Part shown: positions 1 to 60,075 of the stretch, piece by piece
Layout of the letters: each line of letters begins with the position of its first letter
How positions within the stretch are numbered: the stretch's first letter is position 1
Assembly: GCF_902459465.1 (NCBI RefSeq)
Contig: NC_047070.1
Location: 16,554,001-16,618,000 of the forward strand
Source: Asterias rubens
Lineage: Eukaryota
Length of the DNA: 64,000 nt
Direction: 5' to 3'
Position numbers and translations under genes: made by a program
Notes under the pieces: generated by a model
Seen by the model: only the letters and a program-made list of their open reading frames with translations
Databases searched by the model: none
What the model was told of the DNA's origin: nothing

Positions 1-80
1 GAGGAGAAAAAAAGAGAGAAAAAAACTGAATGAGGTTGCCATGAACGCCGAAAGGAAAAAGCCCGGAAATAGAGATAGCA

Positions 81-94
81 GTTTCCATGGAAAC
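81..94. promoter_or_regulatory. RFX X-box motif (perfect palindrome GTTTCCATGGAAAC)
   Basis: Fits the GTYNCC-AT-GGNAAC consensus; a half-site GTTGCCATGAAC lies at 35-46. Function is not demonstrated. Confidence 0.4.
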
Positions 95-248
95 CGCAAT
101 TCACTCCGCATGGATACTTATTGATTGTGGATTTAATCTTTAAATTCTTTCTTGGATTTGTCCTCTTTCAGAGAAGAAGACGGCTGAGATGGAGCGAAAG
201 AGAGAGAGAGAGAGAAGTGGGGCGAGAATGAATGAGTTCACATCTGAC

Positions 249-46823
<46,575 letters not shown>

Positions 46824-47141
46824 TGTGCACCCTATCTTGACGACAAGATCAAAGGTTTTACCCCACACCGGGGCAAAACACTTCCAATTAAAAATTGACA
46901 ACCTCCCGACAGCAGTAACAACTGCGGCCACTCAATATTCCAGATTTGGGAAGGGGGGGGGGGGGCTCAGTCGACGGTGTGTCTATTTACACTCTGCCGG
47001 GTTCCTGCATAGCGGTGCGTTGTGTACTAAATATCACAATATGTAAACCATCCAGGAAGCTTTTTCCCTTTTGTTGTTGCAAAACCCTCCAGAATCACCA
47101 GCAGATGTAGAGATTTCCTGCAATTGTCCACAAAAAAGTTG
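46824..47141 (-). other. Probable 5' UTR part of the ATG-containing STK32 exon
   Basis: On the minus strand, gtcttctcttcttgtgactgcAG ends at 47142 (pyrimidine tract plus CAG). This is inference; there is no transcript evidence. Confidence 0.4.
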
Positions 47142-50100
47142 CTGCAGTCACAAGAAGAGAAGACTTGATTTTCCAAGAAATGATCCACGTAGGGCTGTGT
47201 ATCTTCCTCCCCGACCGGCTGAGTGTTGGCTGGAGACTGTATAGCTCACTGATAGTATACGACGACACTCACTGAACCCCTAGCATCCTCACCACACAAC
47301 CTTGATGTGATTGTATGTACGACAGTCCATGATGGCGTTGCCTATATTACCACAGCGGGAGAGCCAGTCTTGTGTGTCCCTCGTCGTACATGTACGTGGT
47401 CTTACCTGCATTAATCAAAGGGCAAAAACAGGCGAAGCTATAAAATTGCATCAATGAAATAGAACGCATCTTATTGATTTAGGGAACACTGTAACCACCA
47501 ACCAGCATGTTTCAAATGGTTTCACTAGGAGTGGATTTTGTTTTCAATTTCTTTAATTTTGTTGGTATTCAATAGCTGATTGTAACCTTGGTGATTTATA
47601 AATAAATGCAGTTTAATCAGAAGAGTCAAAGTTCAAGTGACTGTGTTCACAATCACAATGCAAGGACAAACTTACTTCACCAATTTCATATTGTTCAATA
47701 TCAAAACGGTTGTGCAGCTAATTAATTGAACATACAACATGTACTCTTTGAATAGTTCAGTTTAATTATAAACTGAAATCAGTCCCTATGTTTGTATCAG
47801 TAGAGGATATCAACAAATTTCCTGTGTGGTAAAAGGAGATTAGGAATGTACTTTAGAGCTTGCATTTTAACAGGATACAATTACACTGTAATTAAACAAC
47901 GCTGGACAACTACATACATTGCAAAAACATTGCAGACTATGATCTGTTTGTTTTGGTTCATTTTCTTCTTCCCTGTTTTTGTTATTTCTGTTGTTGATGG
48001 TGAGGTACCGTGTTCCTTATGGAGCAACATTGTGTTTATTTATTATAGGCCTAATGACAGTGCCTCAGGGTGTTGTTTACTTGTTTGTGTTTTTCTTTTT
48101 GTTGTTCTTTTGTTTTCTTTTGTTCCCCATTTATTTATTTATTTGAGGGTGTGTTGGGGTACAAGACAAGTGCCCCTCCCCTCAAGAAATTAATTAATTT
48201 ACTGACCATTGTAGGATGGAAACTAAGTGAAAGTTATGATCAGGTTTACAACAGGATTACATGGCTGGACATTGCTCTAAGCTTAAACGTACACAATAAT
48301 TACATCCCCAGAAGAAAAGGGTTAATGAGATTACTGGTATGATAGGATTAAAGGATTGTTTGAGGGACAGATTAGAAAAGGTATAAGGCTTGAGAGGTGA
48401 AGGATTCAATTGGAGATAGTATGGGAAGATTGTACGATTCAGCAGAGCATTCTCCATGAGTAGGTCTTTACTCTGTCAATTTCTGTGTTGCAGATTGAAT
48501 TCAGTTCAATATAAACAGGAACTGAATTCCCAACAATTGTGTCCAGTTTCTGGTCATAAAACAAGTTGACAATAACAGTATGTAATTATACCAATAATAC
48601 TGAGTTCTTGTAAAGTGCTTTATTAAACGGAATATCAAAGCGCTTAGTATTTTTTCCCTGCAGAGTATAGGGAGCTACATTTTGAAGTATAAGACCTTGT
48701 ATTTCTTTAATAGAACCATGCAATGGTTCACAGGGCTGTGGCGCTATGCTGCGCCGATCAAACCAGGAACACTGGGGCAAACCCCTTGTCTTCACGAAAG
48801 TGCACTGGATTATTTTATGTGATTACTCAGCACACTGGATCTACAGCTTTATGTCTCGTCCAAAGGACACAGCAATCATGGTTAAGGTGTCTTGCTAATG
48901 GCGACACCGTCATGAACAGGACTCACTTTGCTGATCAGAAAGACCAGAGCTTGAGTTCGGTGTTCTTATCCGCTTGGCTGAGGCCAAGACTTCTTTTTAG
49001 AGCCAGGACACGCAGGAAGGTCACAAAAGGATGTTTTATATAATGAATTGGTCAACTATTCAATTGTTATCGACATCAGGACTGGGACTGAAATAAACAA
49101 ACAGTGAGTTAAATTATTACACAATATACATGTAACACTACTATACTACATCAAAATCCCACCCATATGAACGGCTGCTTCATAAATGTAAATGAAATGA
49201 AACCCCTAACGCCAATACTTGGTCGATATACCTCATATAATATACACTTGACCACAAGAGGGCCTCATTGTACATGTTGGTGATAAAATGCATTGAGATC
49301 CTTCAAAGGAGGTTACGTTTAAACCTTTATATTAAAGAAAATATCAATCTATGTTACTTTTCTGTATGCTTCGGCAAACATTGACTGCATACTTTGCTTG
49401 ACTGCATACTTTGCACTCATGTGTACGTGCCCAAGTCAACCTCATCATTATCTGTAATACTTGCATGTTCACACTGGTGACACACAGCCCCACATTAATA
49501 TACTGTAAATCACACCACAGTAGTGAAATGTAACTCAAGTACCTATAACCCATTAGAGACAAAATTTGAGCCTGAAATTCTATATTATACAGAACAAGTC
49601 AGATACATGTATCTGGTCAGGGCTGGGCAGCTTTGGCATTAGGTGAACCCTTTTTTCTTTTTCACATGTCAAGTTTATTGAAATCTAAACCACTCCATAT
49701 GGGATTTGTGAAAAAAAGACAGCTTCAATTTAACTATTTGTCACACTACAATATTGTGTACATGTATTTATTTATACATGACTACAAACTTTTAACTCGA
49801 GTGCACTGGAGGGCTATACAGAACTTACATTAAAAAACAGGCACTAATGTTACTGGTGTCAATCTACAGTCAAGTCATATAGTGTTGTATGATGCAGAGC
49901 TTTGTAATGAGAGAGCTGTGACAACTTGTGATTAGAAGACGTTTTTGTTTTAAAAACAAACAGGTCCTGCATACATGCGCATGCAGGGTGCCAGACTACA
50001 TACTGCAAAATAGGTTGTGCTGTGTTGTACAGTAGTCCCTTAGACTTAAAATGGCGTCCAACAAGCACTTGAGAAAGAAAACTGTTCCCTCGCTTCGCAA

Positions 50101-51139
50101 CTCTCTCAATACACAGGCAGCTCTGTGTAGTGCTACGCAACGACATAAAACATTAACAACATAGGTGACTTCTCTCAGCTCTCTGTATCAAAACCATGGT
50201 GTGTTCCGACAACCCAATGCTGCGATAACCCCCATGATCTATACACCAGGGTTAAGATGAGGGTTAGGGTTGGGTTTAAGATTGCCAACATTCATTTGTC
50301 GGAATACATTGTGGGGTGTCACAACAGGGGTGTCATGCATGGCAAAGGTTGAGCTTGAGTCAGAGCAGGCATGACAGGGGTGACAACATGAGCAGTTAAA
50401 GCATACATTAGGGTGTAGTGGACTTAGTGTTAGAACATGGATGTATGTCACAGCCTATGGTTGTTTTAGAAAGCCATCCTATATCTCTATTCATAGGATT
50501 AAAACAAATGACCAGTTCCAAAACCAAAGTATGAGATACCATGGTACTATGTGCGAGTTTCCAATGTCTGCTTTGCAACACATCCTGTGTTGTGTACACT
50601 GTACCCCTCCATGCAGTATTCCAAAAGGCGCATCTTCATGATTTTGAACGACATACAAAACTCAATAATAGCCACTGGGCTATGGTGTTTAGGACGTAGA
50701 AAACTAATTTATTATTCTTTGTTCAGCTTCTCTTTGGAGGAAATGAACAAAGACCAAATAATGATCATTGATTACTTTTCAATAAAGGTCCCACAATAGA
50801 TTTTTTAATTCGCTGCATATCATGTGACAAAAGTGGATAAAAACAAACACAATTTACCTTTTGTGTGATAATGTACTATTGTACCCGAGCAATTCATGAC
50901 TTGGCAATTCTGCTGAAAAAGCACTTTCAAAGATTCAAGGTTTCCATTGATGAAAGGGCAATGCCATGGACACTTCCATTAAATCATCAAAGAATATTTC
51001 AAGAAACACCAAGATCACAACAGCAGAAACAGAGGTCAAAGTTTTAGGTGGCATCCCCAAAACTCAATGCACATTTAAAGTGAAGGCATCTAGCCTGCAC
51101 AATCGGGTTGTACTTCTTCATTTACGTGTACATAACCTG

Positions 51140-51411
51140 TAACTCTGAAGTAATGTAGTTTCCGAGAAAGAAGTAATTTTGCACGAATTTGATTTTGATG
51201 TCCCTCAGAATGAGCTTTTGAGGTCTCGATATCAAGCATCTGAAAGCTTCCAACTTCGTGTAACAGTGTTTTTTCTTTCATTAGTATCTTGCAACTTTGA
51301 TGACCAATTGAGCTCAAATTTTCATAGGTTTGTTATTTTAATGCATGTTGAGATACACCAATTGAGAAGACTGGGTCTTTGACAATTACCAATAGTGTCC
51401 AGTGTCTTTAA
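51140..51411 (-). mobile_element. K1 MITE partial copy (reverse)
   Basis: Ends GACAATTACCAATAGTGTCCAGTGTCTTTAA. Confidence 0.72.
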
Positions 51412-53237
51412 ACTATGATTTTAATACCAGGGAAATATTGCTTCTTGTGCCTTGCAGCCCAAAGTTTTATGGATTAAATGTATATAATTGTTTAAACTGG
51501 TCCAATGCCATTACCAAGTGCCTTCTCAATCTTTTTCAAAATCATCACTTGTCAGAAATGTCAAGCTTTTTAATTTATGTAGGAGTGGGAAATTCTTTTA
51601 AGAATGCTTTTTTAAAATATGTACTTGAATGCATTTTAAAATGAGTTTCTAGTTCATGAATGAAAGCTTTTTCACGCCCTGGTTAAGAGATGATGCAAGT
51701 ATGGTCGGTAAATCCAATAGAAGAACAAATTTGATTTGTACTGAAAAGGAAACTGTGCAGAAAAAAAAGAAAATTTATGTTTTTTCATACACTGTGTGAA
51801 ATTCACTGCTTTCCACCGGGACACAGTAGTGCACAAAAATAATCAGATTAGATCATCCTGGATTATCCGTTGACCTTTTCAAACGTTTTCTCAACCACCC
51901 GTCAATGTAACACAAATTGTCTCTTTGTGTGTCACTTAAAAAGGGAAAGTGCTGTGGCTGCACCCAACTATGTCAGAAACAACTAGGCAAGCATCTTATG
52001 AGTAACAATTGACAATGTTATGTGTTAAGCTCTATAATATGTTGTATTAAAAATAATATTGAATGCATGTCATTCATGCACTTTCAAAGAAAGATGTTCC
52101 TTAGTGAAATTTGGCTTTTACGCTTACACTCGGCTTTGCCTTAGAATTGGAATAATCCAGATTTCACCTTACGAGTGATTATGCAACCAACACTCCAATG
52201 CATCCAATAATTGAAGTATTATTTGTCTAATATCATGTAAACAAGCACTACAATTATACTTGCACATGAGCAATTAACCTGCACAGGTAGCCTTCATAGT
52301 AATTGCTGTTTTGCTGGCAGCTACTAACTGGAATAATGTCACTTTCAGTCCCCTTTTAAACACATTGCTGAAAAGGGAAAGACAGTAAGAATATGTCTTT
52401 GTGCCAAAAGTCCATAAGAATTCAAATGGTTGCAGGTTTCTTCAAGCAGGGCTCAAGCACAACCATGCTTAATACGTTCGTGGTTGTGGCTTCACACGTA
52501 TGGAGCCGTACAACCCTGCCATTGTAATGTGAACGTTTCTGGCGCAGAGTTAGGCTTCACACGTCAGTTTGTTCATTATATCTCATCAAAAATTTTCAAT
52601 TTCCTCATCATATTCATATTTTTTTAACTATTAATAATATTGAAGGGGAACAGGCCTCGGTTGGTGACCTTGCCCTTTCAAAAATTAAGCATTTATACAG
52701 TACAGACCTGCTATATGGTTTACACAACAACACTGACATCCAGTAAATTTCACTCCTCTATGGTAAAACAGTAAATTACGACTAGGTAGGACTAGTCTAG
52801 GGCTCTAGGTAGTATTGTCCTTGTATGTCACTGTCGGTGTCAGCAAACAAAACAATTGCAGTTTGCACATGTTGAACTGGTGCAAATTGCAAGGCTGACT
52901 TCATTTTGACAGAAATACTTGAGCTATTTAGTGTTTTAAAGCATTTTATGGGTCCTGGGAAATATCATGAGACAGAAACAGGGACTACTCGACTGTACAC
53001 AACAAAATTGTAAACACTGACTGAGTTAAACAATGAGTCACTATGCGTGTTTTGGTCCGGACGGACACTGTGTGCGTTTGGAGGCGTTTCGACTTTTGGA
53101 AACTGCACAATTAAACATTAGAAAAGTTAGTGCAAAAACTTGCAACACTAAGTTTGTTTACCCTAAAAACCGTGTGAAGTTAGTCTAAGTTGGATTAAAC
53201 ATCTCAAATGAAAACAAAAAAATGAAAATTTACTCAC

Positions 53238-53460
53238 CTTAGCTGGACTTCCGAGAGATTTGCCAACTACTTTAAGTCTAAGAACTGTCAACACGTATCA
53301 TCCCAATCCAAAACCACTATCGTCTGCTCATTAAATTTCCGCACACACTTTTCTTGCCTGCCTCCGGTATCGACTCCTGTAAACCGGCTAGAAAGTCAAA
53401 ACAATAAAAAATGAATCGATACCCACCTCGTAATCAATCAGCACGTGAGGGCGGTATTGC
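53238..53460 (-). promoter_or_regulatory. Candidate promoter and non-coding first exon of STK32
   Basis: Consensus donor AAG|GTGAGTA at 53238/53237; locally CpG-rich; E-box CACGTG at 53442-53447; GC box GGGCGG at 53449-53454; only very short upstream ORFs in the exon. Confidence 0.4.
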
Positions 53461-53723
53461 ATTTTGCTTACTCGGATTTAATGGCCGACCGTTTTAGTTC
53501 GCAAAGTAAAAGGAAAACCATGCAATTTCGAGGCATATTTGTGTGGATCATTGTAATCTACTTTTTAAACATCTATCTAACCATATGCATTTTATAACAA
53601 ACAGGAATGCTTGGCAGTGGGAAGATAACGGCATCTTGCCGAATTGACCAAACAAAGATAATTGTGAATAGGGAAAGTTTTGTTTGGGTGGGTTTTACAT
53701 AAGGAAAGTTTAGTCTAGGTAGG

Positions 53724-54004
53724 TTAAAGACATTGGACACTTTTGGTAATTGCCAAAGACGAGTCTTCTCACTTGGTATATCTCAACATATGCATAAAAT
53801 ATGCTTTCAGATGCTTGATTTCGAAACCTCAAATTCTAAACTTGAGGTCTTGAAATCAAATTCGTGGAAAATTACTAAAAACTACGTTACTTCAGAGGGA
53901 GCCGTTTCTCACAGTGTTTAATTATTATCAACCTCTCCCCATTACTCATTAGCAAGTAAGGTTTTATGCTAATAATTATTTTGAGTAATTACCAATAGCG
54001 TCCA
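53724..54004 (+). mobile_element. K1 MITE copy
   Basis: TTAAAGACATTGGACACTTTTGGTAAT ... ATTACCAATAGCGTCCA; last bases lost. Confidence 0.75.
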
Positions 54005-54523
54005 CTACATATAAGGTTACTTACGGGGATGACTACGAAAAGTTACAGGAGCAGAACTAAAATAAAATTTGAACTGAACTCAACGGAAACAGGAACAGAA
54101 ATGACCCAAACGGTCCTCGCTACAAGAATCTGCTAAGCAGCCAACGCCCACTACGTTGGCACCCGAAGCATACCGGGAATTCCAAAGGCACTCAATATAC
54201 AAAGTAAATACCATGCAGAAATGCAGTGATTGAATAATGTTAAAGACACTGGACACTCTTGGTAAATCCCACCTTCCCAGGAGAAGGTTGGGCGGGACAA
54301 TACTGGGAATACCTAAGGGTAATACAATACACAAAAACTCTTATCGATGGGAATGGAGGGACGATTGTAAGTGCTGCACAATGTATATGTAGGGCCCTCA
54401 CAAGTAATTATTTTGTATAGCGCTCTCTTTTTGAATCCTCCTCCCAGTCCAAGTAAATTTCCCATTAGGGACAAACTTCACTGGGACACCTGCCCTCCTG
54501 ACCCTTCTCATACTCAATCTCCC

Positions 54524-54962
54524 TTAAAGGGAATGTACATGTTTGGTAATTGTCAAAGACCAGTGTTATCACTTGGTGTATCCCATCATAAGCCCAAATG
54601 ACAAGCCTGTGAAAATTTGGGCTCATCAATGAGTTGTGAGAAAATTATGAAAGAAAAAACTCCCTTGTTGGACGAATTTGTGTGCTTTCAGATAAGAATA
54701 AAACACTTCTAGCTAGAAGTCTTTTATTGTTTTAGTGGGAGATTTCCTCTTTCTCAGAAACTACGTTACTTCAGAGTGAGTCGTTTCTACCGTTAGCTCT
54801 CCATCCAATGCTCGTTACCAAGTCAGCTTTTATTATTATCTCGCCAACTTCAACGACCAATTGAGCTCAAATTTACTTGGGTTTGATATTTGATGCATAT
54901 GTTGAGATACAAGAAGTGAGAAGACTGGTCTTTGAGAATACCAATAGTTTCCAGTGTCTTTA
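54524..54962. mobile_element. Rearranged K1 MITE (forward part joined to a reverse part)
   Basis: Left: TTAAAGGG..TTTGGTAATTGTCAAAGACCAG in forward orientation. Right: the same end in reverse (GAAGACTGGTCTTTGAGAATACCAATAGTTTCCAGTGTCTTTA). Confidence 0.65.
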
Positions 54963-56186
54963 TTGTGGGTGTTTTTCCGGACAACTTAATATCATGCCTG
55001 TTTTATGGGCAACCTTCGCTGTTGCCAGGACACCATCATTTGATACCCGGAGTCTCTAAACGGCCCTCTGTAAAAGCTTTGAGAGGAAAACAATCACTTC
55101 AAGCAAACTAAAGAGACGGATATTACACAAAGTGTATTACTTGAAGGTAAGAGATCTTGAAAACAAATCAACCTACTCGAGTGATCAACCTCACTGGTGA
55201 GAAATCAATTTCCTGATAGGTAGTCCTTGTATTGACAACTCACTGAGAGGTAATCGACACATTTTTCCAATTAAGGACACTAGTTTGGACTGGACGATGT
55301 TTATTAGCTTAGCATTGCATAGCCTACTAGTAAGAGATGTTGGTTGGATTATCATTGAAACAAAAAATCACCACTACCTGACACGAGATGTGGTGTCCGA
55401 TGGAATTCTGTCCCCCTATGGGAATATACCATGGGCTGAGGAGGATGATTCAAAGTAGGGCGCTCTCAGAAGAAGTTTGTACACAGTTTGCCATATGGGC
55501 GAGGGGGGGGGGGGGGGGGGACAGAATCTCCGGGGGACAGAATCTCCTCACACAGCGGACCTTGTCCACGGCCTGACGATTTAAGGTGCATTCATGAGCC
55601 TTATGCATCGTGATAATGTTTCCAACCCTTTAGATGGACAGGCAGGCCTAGATGTTTGAAGTTTTACAAAGTGTCTTTTTGTGCACGCCACGCCCAAGCT
55701 TAGTCGAGTATCATGAATCACAGACACGCCTCTTTTCTCCAATATTTAAATCCCCAACTTATAGTTACCGTTCACGAGAGGGCGTCAGCATATCAACCCA
55801 TTAGCTGGCCGTGCAGCACACGAATGGTCAGAGCCTTTGAGTATTTTTTAAGGGGGAAGACCAGCAAAAAACGACTGATCCATAAAAAGATTATTTCTGA
55901 ATAGCTTTTGAAGATTGAGATTGAGGTAACTTTCACATCTCTACCAAAAAGTAATTTTAAACTGTGCCATGATTCGTGTTTCTAAAGCAGTACCCCGGTT
56001 GAATGCTTGTTGGCATGTGTTCCATTTCCTAATCAACATACTTCCAGCTTATGACATGAAACAAACATGGCATACCAAATTCCATCTCTGAATGGTAAGA
56101 ATCACTGCATATTGTCTGTAATGACTCTATATGAATGGCTCATTAAGGGTTGTGTAATCGCAACAAAAAAACCTACTTGATTAGAA

Positions 56187-56544
56187 GTACGTAGCTTTCT
56201 ATAGTAGAAAGCTTTGCTACAGTACGTAGCTTTCTGTAGTAGAAAGCTTTACTACAGTACGTAGCTTTCTGTAGTAGAAAGCTTTACTACAGTACGTAGC
56301 TTTCTATAGTAGAAAAGCTTTGCTACAGTACGTAGCTTTCTGTAGTAGAAAGCTTTACTACAGTACGTAGCTTTCTGTAGTAGAAAGCTTTACTACAGTA
56401 CGTAGCTTTCTGTAGTAAAAAGCTTTGCTACAGTACGTAGCTTTCTATAGTAGAAAGCTTTGCTACAGTACGTAGCTTTCTGTAGTAGAAAGCTTTGCTA
56501 CAGTACGTAGCTTTCTATAGTAGAAAGCTTTGCTACAGTACGTA
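56187..56544. repeat. 35-bp palindromic minisatellite, 10 copies
   Basis: Unit GTACGTAGCTTTCT(A/G)TAGTAGAAAGCTTT(G/A)CTACA. Confidence 0.97.
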
Positions 56545-56707
56545 TAGCTTTGCTAGTCTTCACCAGGACAACAGCACCATGCGCTTAGAAACGAAGTATT
56601 AAGCGCGGTATAAATATGTATTAATATTTATTTATTATTATTATAATAAAGAGCAATGCGAATAATTCCACTTTACTTTGAAGTTATAATAATCTGTTAT
56701 AAACATC

Positions 56708-56826
56708 CGGTTCCCCCCCGGGTTTTTTTCCAGGACGAACGTGGGTAATTAGCTGCACACGTTCGTCCTGGAAAGAAAAAAAACCACACGACGGGGTCGA
56801 ACCAGGGAAGCTAAACGAACGCACCC
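56708..56826. mobile_element. Truncated copy of the 58991 MITE family
   Basis: Ends GGGAAGCTAAACGAACGCACCC; shares the CAGGACGA..TCGTCCTG inner hairpin. Confidence 0.7.
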
Positions 56827-58990
56827 TTGATAAGCAAAGGTTTTCTTTGCCTAGCAATTCGTTGTGCTAATAACAGGCTTTATGAATTTGGGTCCACATG
56901 ACCTAAACGAACCTCATCAGGGAAATTGGACGGGAAACCTGTGAGTCTTTGGCCGTCAAAACAAGCAAACACGTCATCACAGACCTTAGATCCCTGTCAC
57001 AATCCAATCTTCTTCATTTTCATTTTATCCCAAATGCATCAAATTGTTATCAAATAAACGAAAGTGTACTTCAACTACAGACTACTACATCGTAGCTTGA
57101 GCCTTGAGGTTGATTATACTATAATGGGCCGGCCAAGCCTCTCGCAATCTCCATGAAGAAGACGGAAATGGAACGGCAATAATGCATCCCACGAGACTTG
57201 CAGACGGACATTTTAAAGGCAATTCCAAATAAGTATTCTGCGTTTACGGCTTATTAATGACCTTGCCAGATAGGATGCACCGCCCAGAATCCTACCCCCC
57301 CCCCCACATCGAACTATCGAAAAACTACTACTATAGTAAGTGTACTACCTAGACAATAAATAAAACTGCTTAGAAAATACACAAATGTATCATTTAACTA
57401 CAACAACAACTTGATAGGTTTCTTTGCTAGCCAAGAAATGAGGAGGGCCCAGCCACAACAGAGCTTAATTATAATTTGGGCTGGTAACCTGTTTCTTCTA
57501 ATCAATACTGTTCTGGGCTTAGCAAATTTTGTGTACAGGCCTTTATGAAACTGGTCCCTGACCCGACCGGGGGTTGGGGGGGGGTGGTAATTCAGTCGGA
57601 AATGGGAGTGCCTCTGCTTGGCCGTGGATTGCCAACGTAAAAAAGGGAAACTCTATGATTCTAAAGAATCGAAAACACAATTGTTGCCACAGATTTTTAT
57701 TAAAAGGTTAAAATGGAAAACAGATGACACTCGATAAAACAACAATACGTATAGTATACACAAGGGCAAATCCAATATGGTTGCGTGACTTCGCAGTTTG
57801 GGAAAACACAGTCAAAAACAGTACCCAACTAGCACGTTTCAATGTCATCCTAATTCAGTCATTTGTCAGCTTCATGGAAAAAAAGCTACTTAATTTCTCG
57901 TTTACCAACCGCAGGGGGTAAGCCACATGTAAGTTCTTGTGTTCTTTCTCAAAAGCTTTTTTTCTCATTTTAGATACGTCCCTGGACTTCCCAATTCGGG
58001 TGCAGCGGGCGTGAAATTCTTGCGTGACCTGTTGACAACTTGAACAAGGCCAGTCATAAATCGGGCCGATTACGAATGAAAGGTGCTGCAAGTAACACCA
58101 CTCTCAATCAAAGCGTAGAGCTTGCTCTATGATCAAAGTTACTTAATTAACACAATGGACATTTTATGACTGGCCTTCAGTTGAAATTTATTGTTGATGG
58201 GGAACTGGAGTAGTTATAAAATTGTTTTATTTGTTGGAGTTCTCCCGGTTAAAGGTCGACTTGTTCTTTTTCAGATTAGAAGTCTGCTTTGTATAAGTGT
58301 AGGGAAAGAGATTGGAAATAATCAAAGGGGACCAGAACCAAACCTGCAAGAAGAAAGAGAATTAATGTAGAACTGAATACTGCCCTCAAGCAGGAGCTTC
58401 CAAAGAACATACATTTTGAGACGTGTCACTTAGATCAATGAGACAGAAAACATAAGGCCCATCACTGGCACATTCTAATTAGCAAATTTCATGGGTTATG
58501 AGCGAGCAGCGCATGCTGAGGGAAAATAGCGAAGGAGATTGATGACACGTGAGAACGAGGTTGGGGCAAACCCACCCAGTCCCGTTGTGTGACTGAGGAT
58601 TACAACCTGGGCCCAATTTAAAATGGGCTGCAACAAGATGCAAAGCACAACCAAATTCGGCTTACCATAATAAACTGTTAAGCAGTATTTTCTGGTTTAG
58701 CAGCTCTCTGGGGCCCTTGCTGAGACTGCGGTCATTTTGCATAAAACATGATCGGTTTGGACTCGGGCTCCGCCAAATAATTTTTGAGCAAATCTAAGAA
58801 GGAAATTTAGCGGGGAAATAGTATCTCAATCAAATTTCTCTGCAATATTTTGGCCGAAAATCCGTCTGTGATGAGCAATGATTGACAAATGCTGAAACTG
58901 CTATGGATAGTTTTAGTGAAATCCGGTTTTGTGCCATGAAACTGCAAACAGCCAATTGAGTATACAGTCATGGCCCCCAGGGAGAACATA

Positions 58991-59141
58991 GGGTACGTTC
59001 GTTTAGCTTCCCTAGATCGACCCCGGGGTCTGGCGGTTTTTTTCCCCAGGACGAGTGTGTGCAGATAATTACCCACATTCGTCCTGGGAAAAAAACCGCC
59101 ACACACCGGTGTCGACCCAGGGGAGCTACACGAACGCACCC
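58991..59141. mobile_element. Palindromic MITE, PIF/Harbinger-like
   Basis: Near-complete fold-back GGGTACGTTCGTTTAGCTTCCC ... GGGGAGCTACACGAACGCACCC, with 3-bp ATA on both sides. Confidence 0.75.
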
Positions 59142-59690
59142 ATAGACAACTGATGGACCTACCCTGGTTTAATAGAGAGGCCAATACGACGAAATGACTA
59201 ACAAAGAAGCAAACAAAACGAAGCATTCCAAGCGAGGAATTCAAGTTGGTTTGTTCCGTTTTTGAAGCCGCTGTAGACTTCTTTGTGCTAGAGCATGATG
59301 CCGTTTGGTTACAACCATGTTGTTGTTATGATTATTTATAATGTACAAATAAATAACACAACATGTGTAAATGCATATCCCCATCTTCTCATATTATTTC
59401 CCCCCATCAAGCCTTCATCCATTGTTGAATACCGCCTAATGACCCATGAAGAGTTCTTGTTTGGCAATGTATAATTCTGGATGACCATTCAGGAGTTATG
59501 TGTGGAATAACGGACCTGCAGGAATGCGTAATGCCTTTATCCATCTTTATTCAAATTATTTAGTAACTACCCATCGAGACGGTCTTTCAGGACCCCCTTG
59601 TCAAGAGATAATTGGGTATAGGTGTCTCCTTTTTAACGGGGTTTATGTTCGGCTGCCAACCGAATCCGTTTATACACCGCTGACGTGTCC

Positions 59691-60075
59691 TTAAAGGCAC
59701 CGGTAATTGTCAACGACCAGTATTCTCCACTTGGTGTACCCCCAACATAATGCATAAAATAACAAAGCTGCGAGAAGCTGGACTCAATGGGTCACCGAAG
59801 TTGCAAGAGATTAATGAAAGAAAAAACACAATTGATGCACAAATTTGTGTGCTTTCAGATGCCGAAAAAGGGCTTATTTGAACTCAATGGGTCGTCGCAG
59901 TTGCGAGATAATGATGGAAGAAGAAACAACCTTGTCACACGAAGTTGTGTGCTTTCAGATGCTTGATTTCGAGACCTCAAAATCAAATTCTGAGGTCTCG
60001 AACTAAAATTCAAATATTTTAGTGTGAATTCTTTCTCGAAATATCGTTACTTCAGAGGGAGCCGTTTCTCACAAC
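59691..60075 (+). mobile_element. K1 MITE partial copy with an internal duplication
   Basis: TTAAAGGCAC-CGGTAATTGTCAACGACCAG...; the CTCAATGGGTC..TTTGTGTGCTTTCAGATGC block occurs twice. Confidence 0.7.

Noticed and set aside
56187-56544. 35-bp palindromic repeats as a CRISPR array
   Set aside because: The units abut with no unique spacers, there are no cas genes, and the context is eukaryotic.
57950-58030. Minus-strand KNFTPAAPELGSPGTY resembling an IS3/integrase segment
   Set aside because: The conserved W and D of the motif are absent, the frame is closed by stops, and the match is too short.
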